A stretch of 64,000 bases of DNA, taken from positions 2,147 to 66,146 of the forward strand of contig JBARBF010000007.1 in the NCBI GenBank assembly GCA_049792755.1, given 5' to 3'. A program made the position numbers and the translations under genes. The stretch is from Bacteroidales bacterium (GTDB taxonomy: Bacteria > Bacteroidota > Bacteroidia > Bacteroidales > VadinHA17). Each line of letters opens with the position of its first letter. Positions within the stretch are counted from its first letter, which is position 1. The notes under the pieces are model-generated. The model did not search any database, was not told where the DNA came from, and saw only the letters and a program-made list of their open reading frames with translations. Shown in pieces: positions 38,785 through 48,759 of the stretch.

Positions 38785-39900
38785 TTATTTAGTTTCCGAT
38801 AACTTTTGAATTTCAGAAAATAATGCTTTAAAACAATTCACCTGTGAATTCTCTGAATTTTCAGGTTTTCTTCCATAATAATTATCGAGAAATTGCCCGG
38901 CTCCTGACCATATCGTCTGCATTATTCCTAAATAACGATCTTTCATCTCGTGAGTGGAACAGTTTCTGAACCTTACCATATCCTGTGCCTGAAGAATAGC
39001 ACTTCCCGGATTCCTCCACGGACATGTAATGACACTCAGTCCTTTCATTGCAAAATAAACTGGGGTCTGATCAGGCCGCTCATAATGCCAGTCGCATATT
39101 ATAACGTCTTTTGGAATCATATCGACGGCCCTGAAAGTACTGTTATAGCTTGCCTCCCATTCTCCCAATCCTGTTGTTTTTCCGTCAAGAAGCCGGTCAC
39201 CCCATATCCAAAGTTTGCGGCCCTTTAAGGCAAGATGATCCCGAATTGTTCGAACTTCACCGGCAAACAGTTCCGCTTTATCTCTTCCGGAACAAAGCGG
39301 ACATTGAGTTTCTCCTAAATAAAAAACCTCATCCATACCCGCATGGAAAGCCTCAGCTTCAAAAACATAGCAAATCTCGTCAATCAGGTCAAAGACTATT
39401 TTATGGACATCAGGATTCAGGGGACAATAGCTCTTACAGTACAATCCATCGGCATTTGGCCATTCATATTTCTCAGGCATTTTAACTAATGGAGTCTCAT
39501 CAAACTGGGGATAAACCTTCAATAAATTTCCAATTTTGCCGGCCCATGACTGGTGACCGAGCAGGTTTACCTGCGGCAATAATTGTATATGATTCTTCTT
39601 GCATACTTCAACAATCTTTTTAACATCCTTTTTCGAAAGGGCAACTGAATCGCGCAATTCAGGATGACTTTCATACTGATAATTATAATCCACTCTCAGG
39701 ATAAGGGTATTCACCGACCTTGGACCAAGTTCCTCATCAATAAACTTTATAAACTCGTCGACCTCATTTGGCTGCGGTGCTGCAATGCAGAAGCCTCGTA
39801 CCGGAAGTATATTGTCTTCAGCGGTTTTTGAATTCTCAGCTGCCTGTGAAAATGTATTGGAGCAGATTGCGAATAGTAATATCGTAAGAAAATGTTTCAT
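38785..39900 (-). CDS. GH20-like glycoside hydrolase (hexosaminidase-type TIM barrel)
   Basis: 371 aa with a signal peptide. VRGFCIAAP, NLLGHQSWA and the acid/base-like FHAGMDEV block. Confidence 0.5.
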   Translation of the reverse strand: MKHFLTILLFAICSNTFSQAAENSKTAEDNILPVRGFCIAAPQPNEVDEFIKFIDEELGPRSVNTLILRVDYNYQYESHPELRDSVALSKKDVKKIVEVCKKNHIQLLPQVNLLGHQSWAGKIGNLLKVYPQFDETPLVKMPEKYEWPNADGLYCKSYCPLNPDVHKIVFDLIDEICYVFEAEAFHAGMDEVFYLGETQCPLCSGRDKAELFAGEVRTIRDHLALKGRKLWIWGDRLLDGKTTGLGEWEASYNSTFRAVDMIPKDVIICDWHYERPDQTPVYFAMKGLSVITCPWRNPGSAILQAQDMVRFRNCSTHEMKDRYLGIMQTIWSGAGQFLDNYYGRKPENSENSQVNCFKALFSEIQKLSETK

Positions 39901-40094
39901 ATATCGGTCGGTAAGGGTTATAATATGAAAAATATTTAATCATAAAGTTATTGTTTTTTTATTCTGACCGGCTTTCTCCAAAGATTGTTTTGTTCAAAGA
40001 TTAAATAAATATCATATTAAAATTTTATTGTCCGGATATGAAATAATTGTTGTCTGATAATTATTGTAGTTCTATCTTGCTTCTTTTTTTAGCT

Positions 40095-43000
40095 ATGAAA
40101 AATAGTTGCCGGACCGGTTGGCAAAAAGTTGAATATAATTTTATCCCCCGGAAATATTTAATACTGTGCCTGGGAATAGTTTTCCCGATCCTGAAAGTCT
40201 CATCACAGGATTATTTTCAACAGAAAGTAAGCTATGAAATTCATGTGACACTTAATGATATAAAGCATGAATTGAAAGGATTTGAATATGTTGAATATAT
40301 TAACAATTCTCCCGATACTCTGCGGTTCCTATATTATCATCTGTGGCCAAACGCATATTCAAATAATAAAACAGAGTTAGCAAAACAGCTTATGGATAGA
40401 GATGGAAAATCAAAATTATTCAACGATCCGGAGCTCAGAGGATATATTGATTCTTTAAATTTCAAGGTTGGACAACAGGTTATTGAGTGGAATTTTTTGT
40501 CCGGCTTGCCTGATATCTGCAGGCTTGACCTTAACAAGCCTCTCAAACCGGGTGACACAATTTATATTTCCACCCCGTTTCATCTGAAAATTCCAAAAGG
40601 CGTAACATCCCGCTTAGGTCATATCGATGAATCGTACCAGATCTCTCAATGGTATCCCAAACCGGCAGTTTATGACAGATCGGGCTGGCATCAGATGCCT
40701 TACCTCGATCAGGGTGAATTCTATTCTGAGTTTGGCAGCTTTGATGTCAGCATCACACTGCCTGCAAATTATGTTGTTGGAGCAACCGGCAACCTTCAGA
40801 ACGAAGAGGAAAAGATTTGGCTTAATAATCTATCTTCAGATACTGCCTGGATGAGAATCCCCAACTACTTCGATGAAAGTTTTCCACCCTCATCGAAAAA
40901 AATGAAAACTTTGCGCTATACCGAAAATAATATCCACGATTTCGCATGGTTTGCCGATAAGAGATTTCATGTACTTAAAGGAAATCTAAGACTTCCGGAA
41001 TCCGGCAGGGAAGTTAAAACCTGGGCAATGTTCACTAACAAGGAAGCGTATCTATGGAGAAAAGCAGTCTCATACATAAATAATGCTGTATGGTATTTTT
41101 CAATATGGAACGGAGATTATCCTTATAACACATTTACCGCAGTTCAGAGCGCACTTAATGCCGGTTCAGGAATGGAATATCCCGAGCTGACAGTAATTGG
41201 TATGGCTAATGACCCTTATAGTCTCGATGAAGTTATAGCTCACGAAATTTGTCATAGTTGGTTTTACAGCGCATTGGGATCAGATGAACGAAGATTCCCA
41301 TATATGGACGAGAGTATCACATCGGCAAATGAATCAAGATATATGAATATAAGATATCCCGATAAAAAGCTCTGGGAAATTGATTTGCAAAACAGGAAGC
41401 TGGCTAAATTCTTCCAGATAGATAAAATGCCCATTCAAAGGATACAGGAACTTGAATGGATTGTCCCCGCCCGCGGTAACCTTGAACAGAAAATAAATCT
41501 TGCTGCTCCGGAATTCAGTTTCAATAATTATGAAAGTATAATCTATAGTAAAGCAGCCCAGGGGTTCAATTATCTTCGTGCTTATCTGGGAGATTCCCTG
41601 TATGATTCCATAATGCATGATTACTATCGTTTGTGGAAAAACAAACATCCTCACCCAGATGATCTCCGGGATATCTTTGAATCTCATACAAATAAGGATC
41701 TATCCTGGTTTTTTGAAGATTTCCTTGGCACTACCAAAAGACTGGATTATAAAATTGCCCGGTTCAGGGACGGGAAGGTTCTCATAAAAAATCAGGGTGA
41801 GTTAAAAGCCCCATTATTGATTGCTGATTTAAAGGGAGATTCTATATGCTCTGAAAAATGGGAAGAAGGTTTTGAAGGGAGCAAATGGTTTAGTGCAGGT
41901 CCGGGAAATTTTTCCGAAATACTAATAGATCCCGAGCATAAAATGACTGAATTAAAAAGGTTGAATAATAACATCCGTACAACAGGTATATTCAGGAAAG
42001 CCGATCCTGTTCGTTTTCAGCTGTTATATACAGTTGAGGATCCTGATAAGCGGTATCTGATTTATTTCCCGTCCTTTGACTGGACAAATACTGACGGTTT
42101 TATGACCGGGGTGGCTTTGCAAAACGGGACACTTATCCCAAAACCGGTCGAATATTTTGTCATGCCATTTTATGCCTTCCGGAAAAATGCACTTACAGGT
42201 TATGGGAAAATTTCATTTAATAAATTCCCTTATGATAGTTTTATAAGAGTGGCATCTCTTTCACTTGAAGGAGAACAGTTCGGTGCACCCGGAGCTCAGG
42301 ATTACCATAGAGCGCGAATTGGATTAGATTTATTTTTCAGGTCCAAAAATGAGGTTGATCCGGTCAACCGGAAGATTTTTGGGCTTTATACTCTGGCTTC
42401 CGATCTCACCCAGATTGAGGCTTTCACTCAGGCAAAGATGCGTTCGTATCTGCAATTCGGTTACCTCATTGATAAGTCCGGAGTAATAAATCCATTTAAC
42501 ATAGAAGTTTCTTTGGAAGCAGGAAAATCTTATCAGAAGACGTCCTTTGAGCTAAATTATAAATACAGCTATGAGGGAAAGAAAAACGGCCTTGAATTCA
42601 GGTTGTTTGCAGGAACGATGCTTAAAAATGATGCATCCGATCCATTCTATTCATTTTCGGCAAGCGGAAGAAGTGGCAGGGAACAATATTTATATGAAGG
42701 AGTATATCCTGACCGTTTCACAGAGTTCCCTAAAACCTTATGGTCTAGAGAGATGACGTTGTCGGAAGGCGGAATTATTTCCGCTCTGAATGACAGTCTC
42801 GGATACAGCCGCCGGATGGTTTCAATCTCTTTAACCAGCAGTCTGCCCGGGATTGCTTCAAAGATACCTGTTAAACCCTTTGCCAATCTGTTACTGAACG
42901 ATCATGGACCAGGAACAATCAATAAACCGGCTTTTTTCTATGAAGCCGGTCTTAAGGCAGGTATATGGAATTTTTTAGAGATTTATTTTCCTTTTATAGT

Positions 43001-43097
43001 TTCTGATAATATAAAAGCTATTGCAGGATCGTTTAAAGAAAGAATCCGCTTTGTTTTCAGACTCGATAAATTAAATCCCATGAGATTAAAAACTTAG
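40095..43097 (+). CDS. M1-family zinc metallopeptidase with a long C-terminal extension
   Basis: HEICHSWFY (HExxH) with a downstream Glu region, and GSGMEYPELT (GxMEN-like). About 450 aa of additional C-terminal sequence. Start set at the ATG at 40095. Confidence 0.75.
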   Translation: MKNSCRTGWQKVEYNFIPRKYLILCLGIVFPILKVSSQDYFQQKVSYEIHVTLNDIKHELKGFEYVEYINNSPDTLRFLYYHLWPNAYSNNKTELAKQLMDRDGKSKLFNDPELRGYIDSLNFKVGQQVIEWNFLSGLPDICRLDLNKPLKPGDTIYISTPFHLKIPKGVTSRLGHIDESYQISQWYPKPAVYDRSGWHQMPYLDQGEFYSEFGSFDVSITLPANYVVGATGNLQNEEEKIWLNNLSSDTAWMRIPNYFDESFPPSSKKMKTLRYTENNIHDFAWFADKRFHVLKGNLRLPESGREVKTWAMFTNKEAYLWRKAVSYINNAVWYFSIWNGDYPYNTFTAVQSALNAGSGMEYPELTVIGMANDPYSLDEVIAHEICHSWFYSALGSDERRFPYMDESITSANESRYMNIRYPDKKLWEIDLQNRKLAKFFQIDKMPIQRIQELEWIVPARGNLEQKINLAAPEFSFNNYESIIYSKAAQGFNYLRAYLGDSLYDSIMHDYYRLWKNKHPHPDDLRDIFESHTNKDLSWFFEDFLGTTKRLDYKIARFRDGKVLIKNQGELKAPLLIADLKGDSICSEKWEEGFEGSKWFSAGPGNFSEILIDPEHKMTELKRLNNNIRTTGIFRKADPVRFQLLYTVEDPDKRYLIYFPSFDWTNTDGFMTGVALQNGTLIPKPVEYFVMPFYAFRKNALTGYGKISFNKFPYDSFIRVASLSLEGEQFGAPGAQDYHRARIGLDLFFRSKNEVDPVNRKIFGLYTLASDLTQIEAFTQAKMRSYLQFGYLIDKSGVINPFNIEVSLEAGKSYQKTSFELNYKYSYEGKKNGLEFRLFAGTMLKNDASDPFYSFSASGRSGREQYLYEGVYPDRFTEFPKTLWSREMTLSEGGIISALNDSLGYSRRMVSISLTSSLPGIASKIPVKPFANLLLNDHGPGTINKPAFFYEAGLKAGIWNFLEIYFPFIVSDNIKAIAGSFKERIRFVFRLDKLNPMRLKT

Positions 43098-43133
43098 GTT
43101 TCAATGGACTTTAACGTGTAATGCCGGAAGATG

Positions 43134-44105
43134 CTAGACTTTATTGGCGCTACCAAGAACATTAACGACTTTATGTTTATAAAGTTCTTTAAGTTTATCA
43201 CGGGCAGGGCCCAAATAATTACGCGGGTCAAACTCACCGGGTTTTTCAACAAATACCTTGCGGATAGCAGCTGTCATAGCGAGACGGCCATCACTGTCGA
43301 TATTAATCTTACAAACAGCTGATTTTGCTGCTTTGCGCAACTGGTCTTCAGATACGCCGGCCGTATTCTCCATTTTTCCGCCATACTTATTAATCTCGTC
43401 CACAATATCCTGGGGCACAGATGAAGCTCCATGAAGAACTATCGGGAAACCCGGAATACGTCTTTCACATTCTTCCAGAATATCAAAACGCAAAGGGGGA
43501 GGAAGTTCGCCAGGTTTAACTTTGAATTTGAAAGCGCCGTGTGAAGTACCAATGGAAATAGCCAGAGAATCAACCCCTGTTTTTTTCACAAAGTCTTCTA
43601 CCTCCTGTGGTCTGGTATAAGATGTATGTTCTGATGAAACTTCATCCTCAATACCTGCCAGAACCCCCAGTTCACCTTCTACCGTCACATCGAATTGATG
43701 AGCATAATCAACAACCTGTTTGGTTAACCTTATGTTTTCTTCATATGGGAAATGTGATCCGTCGATCATTACTGAGGAAAAACCCATTTCGATACACGAC
43801 TTGCAGGTATCAAATGAATCGCCATGATCGAGATGCAATACAATTGGAATTGCGCAGCCAAGCTCTTTTGAATATTCCACAGCTCCCTTGGCAAGATATT
43901 GAAGTAGAGTCTGGTTGGCATATTTACGTGCACCTTTCGATACCTGGAGAATCACCGGAGATTTTGTCTCCACACAGGCGCTGATAATTGCCTGCATCTG
44001 TTCCAGATTGTTGAAATTGAAAGCAGGAACGGCATATCCTCCTTTAAAAGCACTCTTAAACAATTCTCTCGAATTCACTAACCCTAATTCTTTAAAATGT
44101 ACCAT
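43134..44105 (-). CDS. fba: class II fructose-1,6-bisphosphate aldolase
   Basis: 323 aa. YAVPAFNFNN, LHLDHG, MIDGS and GTSHGAFKF motifs. Confidence 0.9.
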   Translation of the reverse strand: MVHFKELGLVNSRELFKSAFKGGYAVPAFNFNNLEQMQAIISACVETKSPVILQVSKGARKYANQTLLQYLAKGAVEYSKELGCAIPIVLHLDHGDSFDTCKSCIEMGFSSVMIDGSHFPYEENIRLTKQVVDYAHQFDVTVEGELGVLAGIEDEVSSEHTSYTRPQEVEDFVKKTGVDSLAISIGTSHGAFKFKVKPGELPPPLRFDILEECERRIPGFPIVLHGASSVPQDIVDEINKYGGKMENTAGVSEDQLRKAAKSAVCKINIDSDGRLAMTAAIRKVFVEKPGEFDPRNYLGPARDKLKELYKHKVVNVLGSANKV

Positions 44106-44711
44106 AATTTATTGTCTTTAATTAAGCCGCAAAAAGTAGCTATTTTAGACTTAGCTTCCAAGATATTTGATAAAAATCTGTCACAATGCCGTTTAATTTC
44201 TGATTATATATTTAATAAACCCGGCGCTTAAAAGGACTGATTTCAGAGTTTGAACCTCAGCTGTGCACCTTCTGAATGACAATTTTACAATTCCATGACC
44301 CGAATTTGTTTAAAAAACCAAATTTTGATCCTAATTATTATATTGTTTGTCAAAATCGAAGTTTTTCTTGCTATTTATTGAATGCCTCTCTATTATTCAG
44401 ATAATCAATAATATCGATTGAAAATGATTTTTTAACGGGATTCTTTAACTGATATCCGGTAAAATTCGACTCCTTTTTGACGAACTATCCAATTTTGGCG
44501 GGTCAGGAATTGATTCATGTTAATAATCCTCCATTTTTGCAGGATAAAGAGTATCCAAAGTCAGCTTAATTCCTCACCAGTTGGGCCTTAGGGACTTGAC
44601 AAAGGCATTAAGGTATATTACTTTTACTATGTAATTTATTGTAAAATGTACATATGCTTTAATAATAAGTTTTGCAAAAAAGAATCCATTATTTGTAAGC
44701 AATATCAATCA

Positions 44712-45224
44712 ATGCTAAAGATGTCTGAAATATTGAAATCAATAATTACCATTTTTTTTGCTTTTGTTTTATCTCAGGCAGTCAATGCACAGTGCAGCCT
44801 GAAAACTTCTAAGGACCCTTGTGATGACATTGTCACACGTTCAGCCTATTATGAGAATGTATCCGGTAAACCCAGTGCTTTAAAACTGAAAATAGAACAG
44901 AATATCAATTACAAAGATACCTCCACAACACTTTTCATACTTCTGACACCTTCATATAAGAGTTGTTTTGGGAAAGAAAGCAAAATATCAATACAGTCAG
45001 GTAATGATGTCATTATTCTTCCTTTTTCCGGCCAGGTTACCTGTAAAAGCGAAGGTGAGAAATTGACAGATTATGCTGAAATGACGAAGAGTAACATTGA
45101 ATTTCTAAAAGCACATACAATTAATACAATAAGGGTTTATTATATTAACAGTTATGATGACTTTGTCATTAAAAAGCAGGATTATTTCATCAGGACTTTG
45201 AAATGTTTTGAGTATCCTCTTTAG
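44712..45224 (+). CDS. hypothetical secreted protein
   Basis: Signal peptide MSEILKSIITIFFAFVLSQAVNAQ. I do not recognise any family. The start is uncertain (44712 or 44721). Confidence 0.4.
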   Translation: MLKMSEILKSIITIFFAFVLSQAVNAQCSLKTSKDPCDDIVTRSAYYENVSGKPSALKLKIEQNINYKDTSTTLFILLTPSYKSCFGKESKISIQSGNDVIILPFSGQVTCKSEGEKLTDYAEMTKSNIEFLKAHTINTIRVYYINSYDDFVIKKQDYFIRTLKCFEYPL

Positions 45225-45310
45225 TTTTCTTCCAGACCTTATGCATTGTCCTATCTGAGACATATAAATGCAAGAAAGGCCAGTTTTACTAATTTACCTG
45301 AACAGTTGAG

Positions 45311-45338
45311 CCCCCGGAGAAGAAGTCCGGGGGTTTTG
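45311..45338 (+). terminator. rho-independent terminator
   Basis: CCCCCGG (45311-45317) pairs with CCGGGGG (45327-45333), followed by TTTTGTTT. Confidence 0.65.
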
Positions 45339-45442
45339 TTTAAAGACTTTTGATTTGGAAATTTGCTTTAACCGGTTGTAAAAAGTGTCTGAGATTAAAC
45401 AATAAACCCGCTGATATTCAGCGGATTTATTCATTTAATATG

Positions 45443-45513
45443 AGGTCGGTGGCGGATTCGAACCGCCGTAAACGGTTTTGCAGACCGCTACCTAGCCACT
45501 CGGTTAACCGACC
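45443..45513 (-). tRNA. tRNA-Cys (anticodon GCA)
   Basis: Minus strand reads GGTCGGT TA ACC..GGT A GCGGT CTGCAAA ACCGT TTAC GGCGG TTCGAAT CCGCC ACCGACC T. It folds as a cloverleaf with anticodon loop C-U-GCA-A-A and the U73 discriminator typical of tRNA-Cys. CCA is not encoded. TATTTTTG lies upstream on the minus strand and a hairpin lies downstream at about 45408-45424. Confidence 0.9.
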
Positions 45514-45816
45514 GTTTACGCCCTAGCTTTTGCGAAGGCGGACCGTAAGTTTGGAGTGCAAAAATAATAATTTTTGTGTTATTTGATGATATTCATACAA
45601 ATCATCCCTTTTTTTTCTTAACCCTTACCCCAACCTTATTATGCAAATAGTCTGCCACCGACCACAAATCAAAATTCTGTCATAGCAGCATTTCAGTATG
45701 ATAGGGTTTTTATATTTCTTAACCAGTGATAAAACTATTATTTAAATAAAACCTCTAATTTTGAACGTGCCAATTTCATCAGAACCGGTATAATAAATTA
45801 TCACCCTGTAGATTGA

Positions 45817-47037
45817 ATGAAAATATATATTTATAAAATACTCTCTCTTTCAATAATCCTTTCAATTTATTCCAACCAGTCTCTTTCAGGCCAGTCCGGG
45901 AAAATGTTCATTAAAGATAGCTCAATAGTTCAGCAAAAAGATGTTGTTGATATATTTCAAAAACTTTTTAATAAACAATTAAGGAAAGACAGCTCTTCAA
46001 TGAAAGACAACGGCCCGTTCTTTTCACTCATTCCTGTTATTGGCTATTCACTTCACACCGGTCTTACAGGCGTTATTGCAACCAGCACCACCTTTTATTC
46101 GGATAATGAAAGAAAGAAAAATTCACGCATATTGATAAATGGCAATTACTCAATTTACCATCAATACTGGTTTACTGCAATAAGTAATGTCTTTCTTGAA
46201 AAGATCAAGCTTCATCTGGTAGGTGATACCCGGTATTATAAATTCCCAACCCAGACCTACGGATTGGGACCTAATAGCTTATCACCAAACCCTCTTCAAA
46301 TTGATTATTCATATTTACGATTCTACCAGGTTGCTTTTCGTGAAGTAGCTTCAAATCTGTTTATCGGGTTAGGTTATAACCTCGACTATCACTGGAATAT
46401 TGAAGCAGACTCAATACAGGGTATCAAATTTGAAGAATTTGAAAAGTACCAGAAGGGCAATAAGTCAGTCTCATCGGGAATATCTTTAAATATTCAGTAT
46501 GATAATAGAAAAAACGCAGTGAACCCGCAAAACGGCACTTATGCCAACGTTCAGGTCAGACCTAAACTCACTTTTCTTGGAAGTAACAAAAACTGGCAGT
46601 CAATATTGATCGACATCAGGCATTATATAAAACTACCCGTTTCCTCGCATAATATTCTTGCTTTCTGGAGTTATAATGATATTACATTATCAGGAACTCC
46701 TCCCTATTTGGACCTGCCAAGTATCGGCTGGGATAATTATTCAACAACAGGCCGCGGATACAGTCCTGGAAGGTATACAGGAAGAAATCTTATTTATCTT
46801 GAATCGGAATACAGGTTTTCAATGTCCCGAAACGGCCTTCTGGGAGGTGTAATATTTGGGAATGTTGAATCAGTTTCGGAAAGTATTACAGATAATTTCA
46901 ATTCAATAATTCCAGCCGGAGGATTTGGTTTGAGGATAAAGATAAACAAGTACTCGGGAACCAATCTGGCAATTGATTATGGATTTGGGATCAGGGGTTC
47001 ACATGGATTTTTCTTCAATTTGGGTGAGGTTTTCTGA
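45817..47037 (+). CDS. Omp85/BamA-type beta-barrel outer-membrane protein without obvious POTRA domains
   Basis: 406 aa with a signal peptide and alternating beta-strand pattern. C-terminal GGFGLRIKI...NLAIDYGFG...GFFFNLGEVF ends in Phe. Confidence 0.6.
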   Translation: MKIYIYKILSLSIILSIYSNQSLSGQSGKMFIKDSSIVQQKDVVDIFQKLFNKQLRKDSSSMKDNGPFFSLIPVIGYSLHTGLTGVIATSTTFYSDNERKKNSRILINGNYSIYHQYWFTAISNVFLEKIKLHLVGDTRYYKFPTQTYGLGPNSLSPNPLQIDYSYLRFYQVAFREVASNLFIGLGYNLDYHWNIEADSIQGIKFEEFEKYQKGNKSVSSGISLNIQYDNRKNAVNPQNGTYANVQVRPKLTFLGSNKNWQSILIDIRHYIKLPVSSHNILAFWSYNDITLSGTPPYLDLPSIGWDNYSTTGRGYSPGRYTGRNLIYLESEYRFSMSRNGLLGGVIFGNVESVSESITDNFNSIIPAGGFGLRIKINKYSGTNLAIDYGFGIRGSHGFFFNLGEVF

Positions 47038-47229
47038 TTCTTAGAATGCTGCCATGTAACTGCTCTTTATGAAACTCATCTGCAACACCTTAGATGTCAG
47101 GAAGAGCAGATGTCCGAAATACTTTGATAAAAAATAACTTTTTTACAAAAGCTTAATTTTCAATTTAGAAGCAAACTAAAAAGTTGTATATTTGTTTAAC
47201 AGATAAAACAAACCTGACTAAAAGGAAAA

Positions 47230-47790
47230 TTGAAACTGTACATCAAAAATATGGTTTGTATACGGTGTAAGATGGTCGTTAAATCGGAGCTTGAAAAACT
47301 TGGATTACATTTTAGCACTGTCGAATTGGGTGAAGTTGAAATAACAGACAAGATTTCAAAAGATCAACTGGACAATCTGAGTGTTGCCCTGAAACTGACA
47401 GGACTTGAACTGATGGATGACAATAAAAAAATACTTATAGAGAAAATTAAAACCATAATCATTCAACTGATCCATTACAATGATGAACAAATCAAAATTA
47501 ACCTGTCAGATTACCTTAGTGAAAAACTCAATCATAATTATACATATCTATCCAACCTTTTTTCCGAAGTTACAGGGATTACGATCGAACAGTTTTACCT
47601 GGCAAATAAAATAGAAAGGGTAAAAGAACTACTTGTTTATGATGAGCTCAATCTTACGGAAATCGCCTGGAAACTTCATTACAGCAGTGTGTCCCATTTG
47701 TCAAACCAGTTTAAAAAAATGACAGGTCTCACACCTTCTCATTTTAAAAACCTCAGGATCAAAAGACGGATTGCACTGGGGAATCTTTAA
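47230..47790 (+). CDS. AraC-family transcriptional regulator with an N-terminal HMA-like (CxxC) domain, paralog 1
   Basis: 186 aa. TTG start, supported by collinear alignment with the paralog at 62050 (both begin MKLYIKNMVC.RCK). The N-terminal ~65 aa has the beta-alpha-beta-beta-alpha-beta pattern and M-x-C-x-x-C. The C-terminal part has AraC HTH motifs (LNLTEIAWKLHYSSVSHLSNQFKKMTGLTPSHF). Confidence 0.8.
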   Translation: MKLYIKNMVCIRCKMVVKSELEKLGLHFSTVELGEVEITDKISKDQLDNLSVALKLTGLELMDDNKKILIEKIKTIIIQLIHYNDEQIKINLSDYLSEKLNHNYTYLSNLFSEVTGITIEQFYLANKIERVKELLVYDELNLTEIAWKLHYSSVSHLSNQFKKMTGLTPSHFKNLRIKRRIALGNL

Positions 47791-47873
47791 CCTATTATAT
47801 CTGTTTCCTGTACATCTAAACGTTTGCCTGTCGGGCATGGCGACAGAATCCTCTTTTTTTTATATCCTGATGT

Positions 47874-47937
47874 GTGAATAATGTAACTTATTACAGGAAT
47901 AATGTAACTGATAGAGGTCTTGCAGGCTCTACCTTTG
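47874..47937 (+). promoter_or_regulatory. operator/promoter cassette A (GTGAATA-ATGTAAC-N14-ATGTAAC-N21-TACCTTTG)
   Basis: ATGTAAC at 47881 and 47902 (21-bp spacing). -7 box TACCTTTG at 47930. The first downstream gene starts at 48005. Confidence 0.7.
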
Positions 47938-48004
47938 TTGATGAAATGATTAACTCACTTTTTTAAAACTAATACCCGGGTTAACCTTTCGAACACTAAA
48001 ATCA

Positions 48005-48181
48005 ATGATTATGAAAAGTCTTTTTTATATAATAGCCTTGTTACTGATTCTTGCCTGGTCAATCGGATTTATAGGGTACGGAATAGGAGGAGCTATTCAC
48101 ATCTTACCGGTTCTTGCACTTGTTTCAGTTTTGATGAGGGTTATTCCTGAGATGAAATCAGTACGCAGGTATCCGGTTTAA
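48005..48181 (+). CDS. lmo0937-type small membrane protein (58 aa; below the ORF-track cutoff)
   Basis: My translation is MIMKSLFYIIALLLILAWSIGFIGYGIGGAIHILPVLALVSVLMRVIPEMKSVRRYPV. It resembles the second copy at 48577. Confidence 0.7.
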   Translation: MIMKSLFYIIALLLILAWSIGFIGYGIGGAIHILPVLALVSVLMRVIPEMKSVRRYPV

Positions 48182-48230
48182 ATATGAATAAGAAATATAA
48201 ATAGGTTAACAAATTAAAAAAATCAAAACA

Positions 48231-48557
48231 ATGAAAAAGATTATTTACTGTTTACTTGCAGCTTGCCTGGCAATAACATTATTCCCGATTCAGGCTTCTG
48301 CAGCAACTACTGATAAACCTTCTTCTTTAGTTGTTACAAAGCCTCCCGAACCTGTCGAATCGGCAGAAATAAAATCCTTGCTGAAAAGGGCTGACATGTT
48401 TAATACGACGAATGATTCAAAATTGATCCCGAAGGAAAAGAAAAGTACACAGATTGAAGTACGTTCAGAAGGACGTCATCATAGAAACGGAGGAGTAGTT
48501 TATGTTTCAGCCGGAGCAATAATTCTTGTTGTAATATTATTAGTGATTTTATTATAA
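48231..48557 (+). CDS. small secreted/tail-anchored protein, paralog 1
   Basis: 108 aa. Signal peptide, Pro/Ser/Lys-rich middle, and a C-terminal GGVVYVSAGAIILVVILLVILL anchor. Collinear with 48760..49080. Confidence 0.65.
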   Translation: MKKIIYCLLAACLAITLFPIQASAATTDKPSSLVVTKPPEPVESAEIKSLLKRADMFNTTNDSKLIPKEKKSTQIEVRSEGRHHRNGGVVYVSAGAIILVVILLVILL

Positions 48558-48576
48558 ACAATTAAAAACAAATATC

Positions 48577-48726
48577 ATGGGAAATCTACTTTATTTAGTT
48601 GCAGTAATACTGATAATTGCCTGGGCAATCGGATTCATAGGTTACAGTGCAGGTGGTATTATACACATACTCCTTGTTATTGCTGTAATAGCAATAATAC
48701 TTAGAGTAATTCAGGGAAGAAGATAA
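48577..48726 (+). CDS. lmo0937-type small membrane protein (49 aa; below the ORF-track cutoff)
   Basis: My translation is MGNLLYLVAVILIIAWAIGFIGYSAGGIIHILLVIAVIAIILRVIQGRR. Confidence 0.75.
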   Translation: MGNLLYLVAVILIIAWAIGFIGYSAGGIIHILLVIAVIAIILRVIQGRR

Positions 48727-48759
48727 TATTAAATAAACAATAAATTAAATTATAGTATC

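Noticed and set aside
45584-45612. GATGAT...ATCATC hairpin followed by T8 on the plus strand, upstream of the tRNA-Cys promoter region
   Set aside because: The stem is a weak 6-bp AT-rich pairing and there is no plus-strand gene upstream for it to terminate. It is probably coincidental.
47054-47060. A single ATGTAAC heptamer upstream of the first AraC gene, considered as a possible eighth cassette
   Set aside because: There is no GTGAAT immediately upstream, no second heptamer at +21 bp (47075-47081 reads CTCATCT) and no -7 box at +49.
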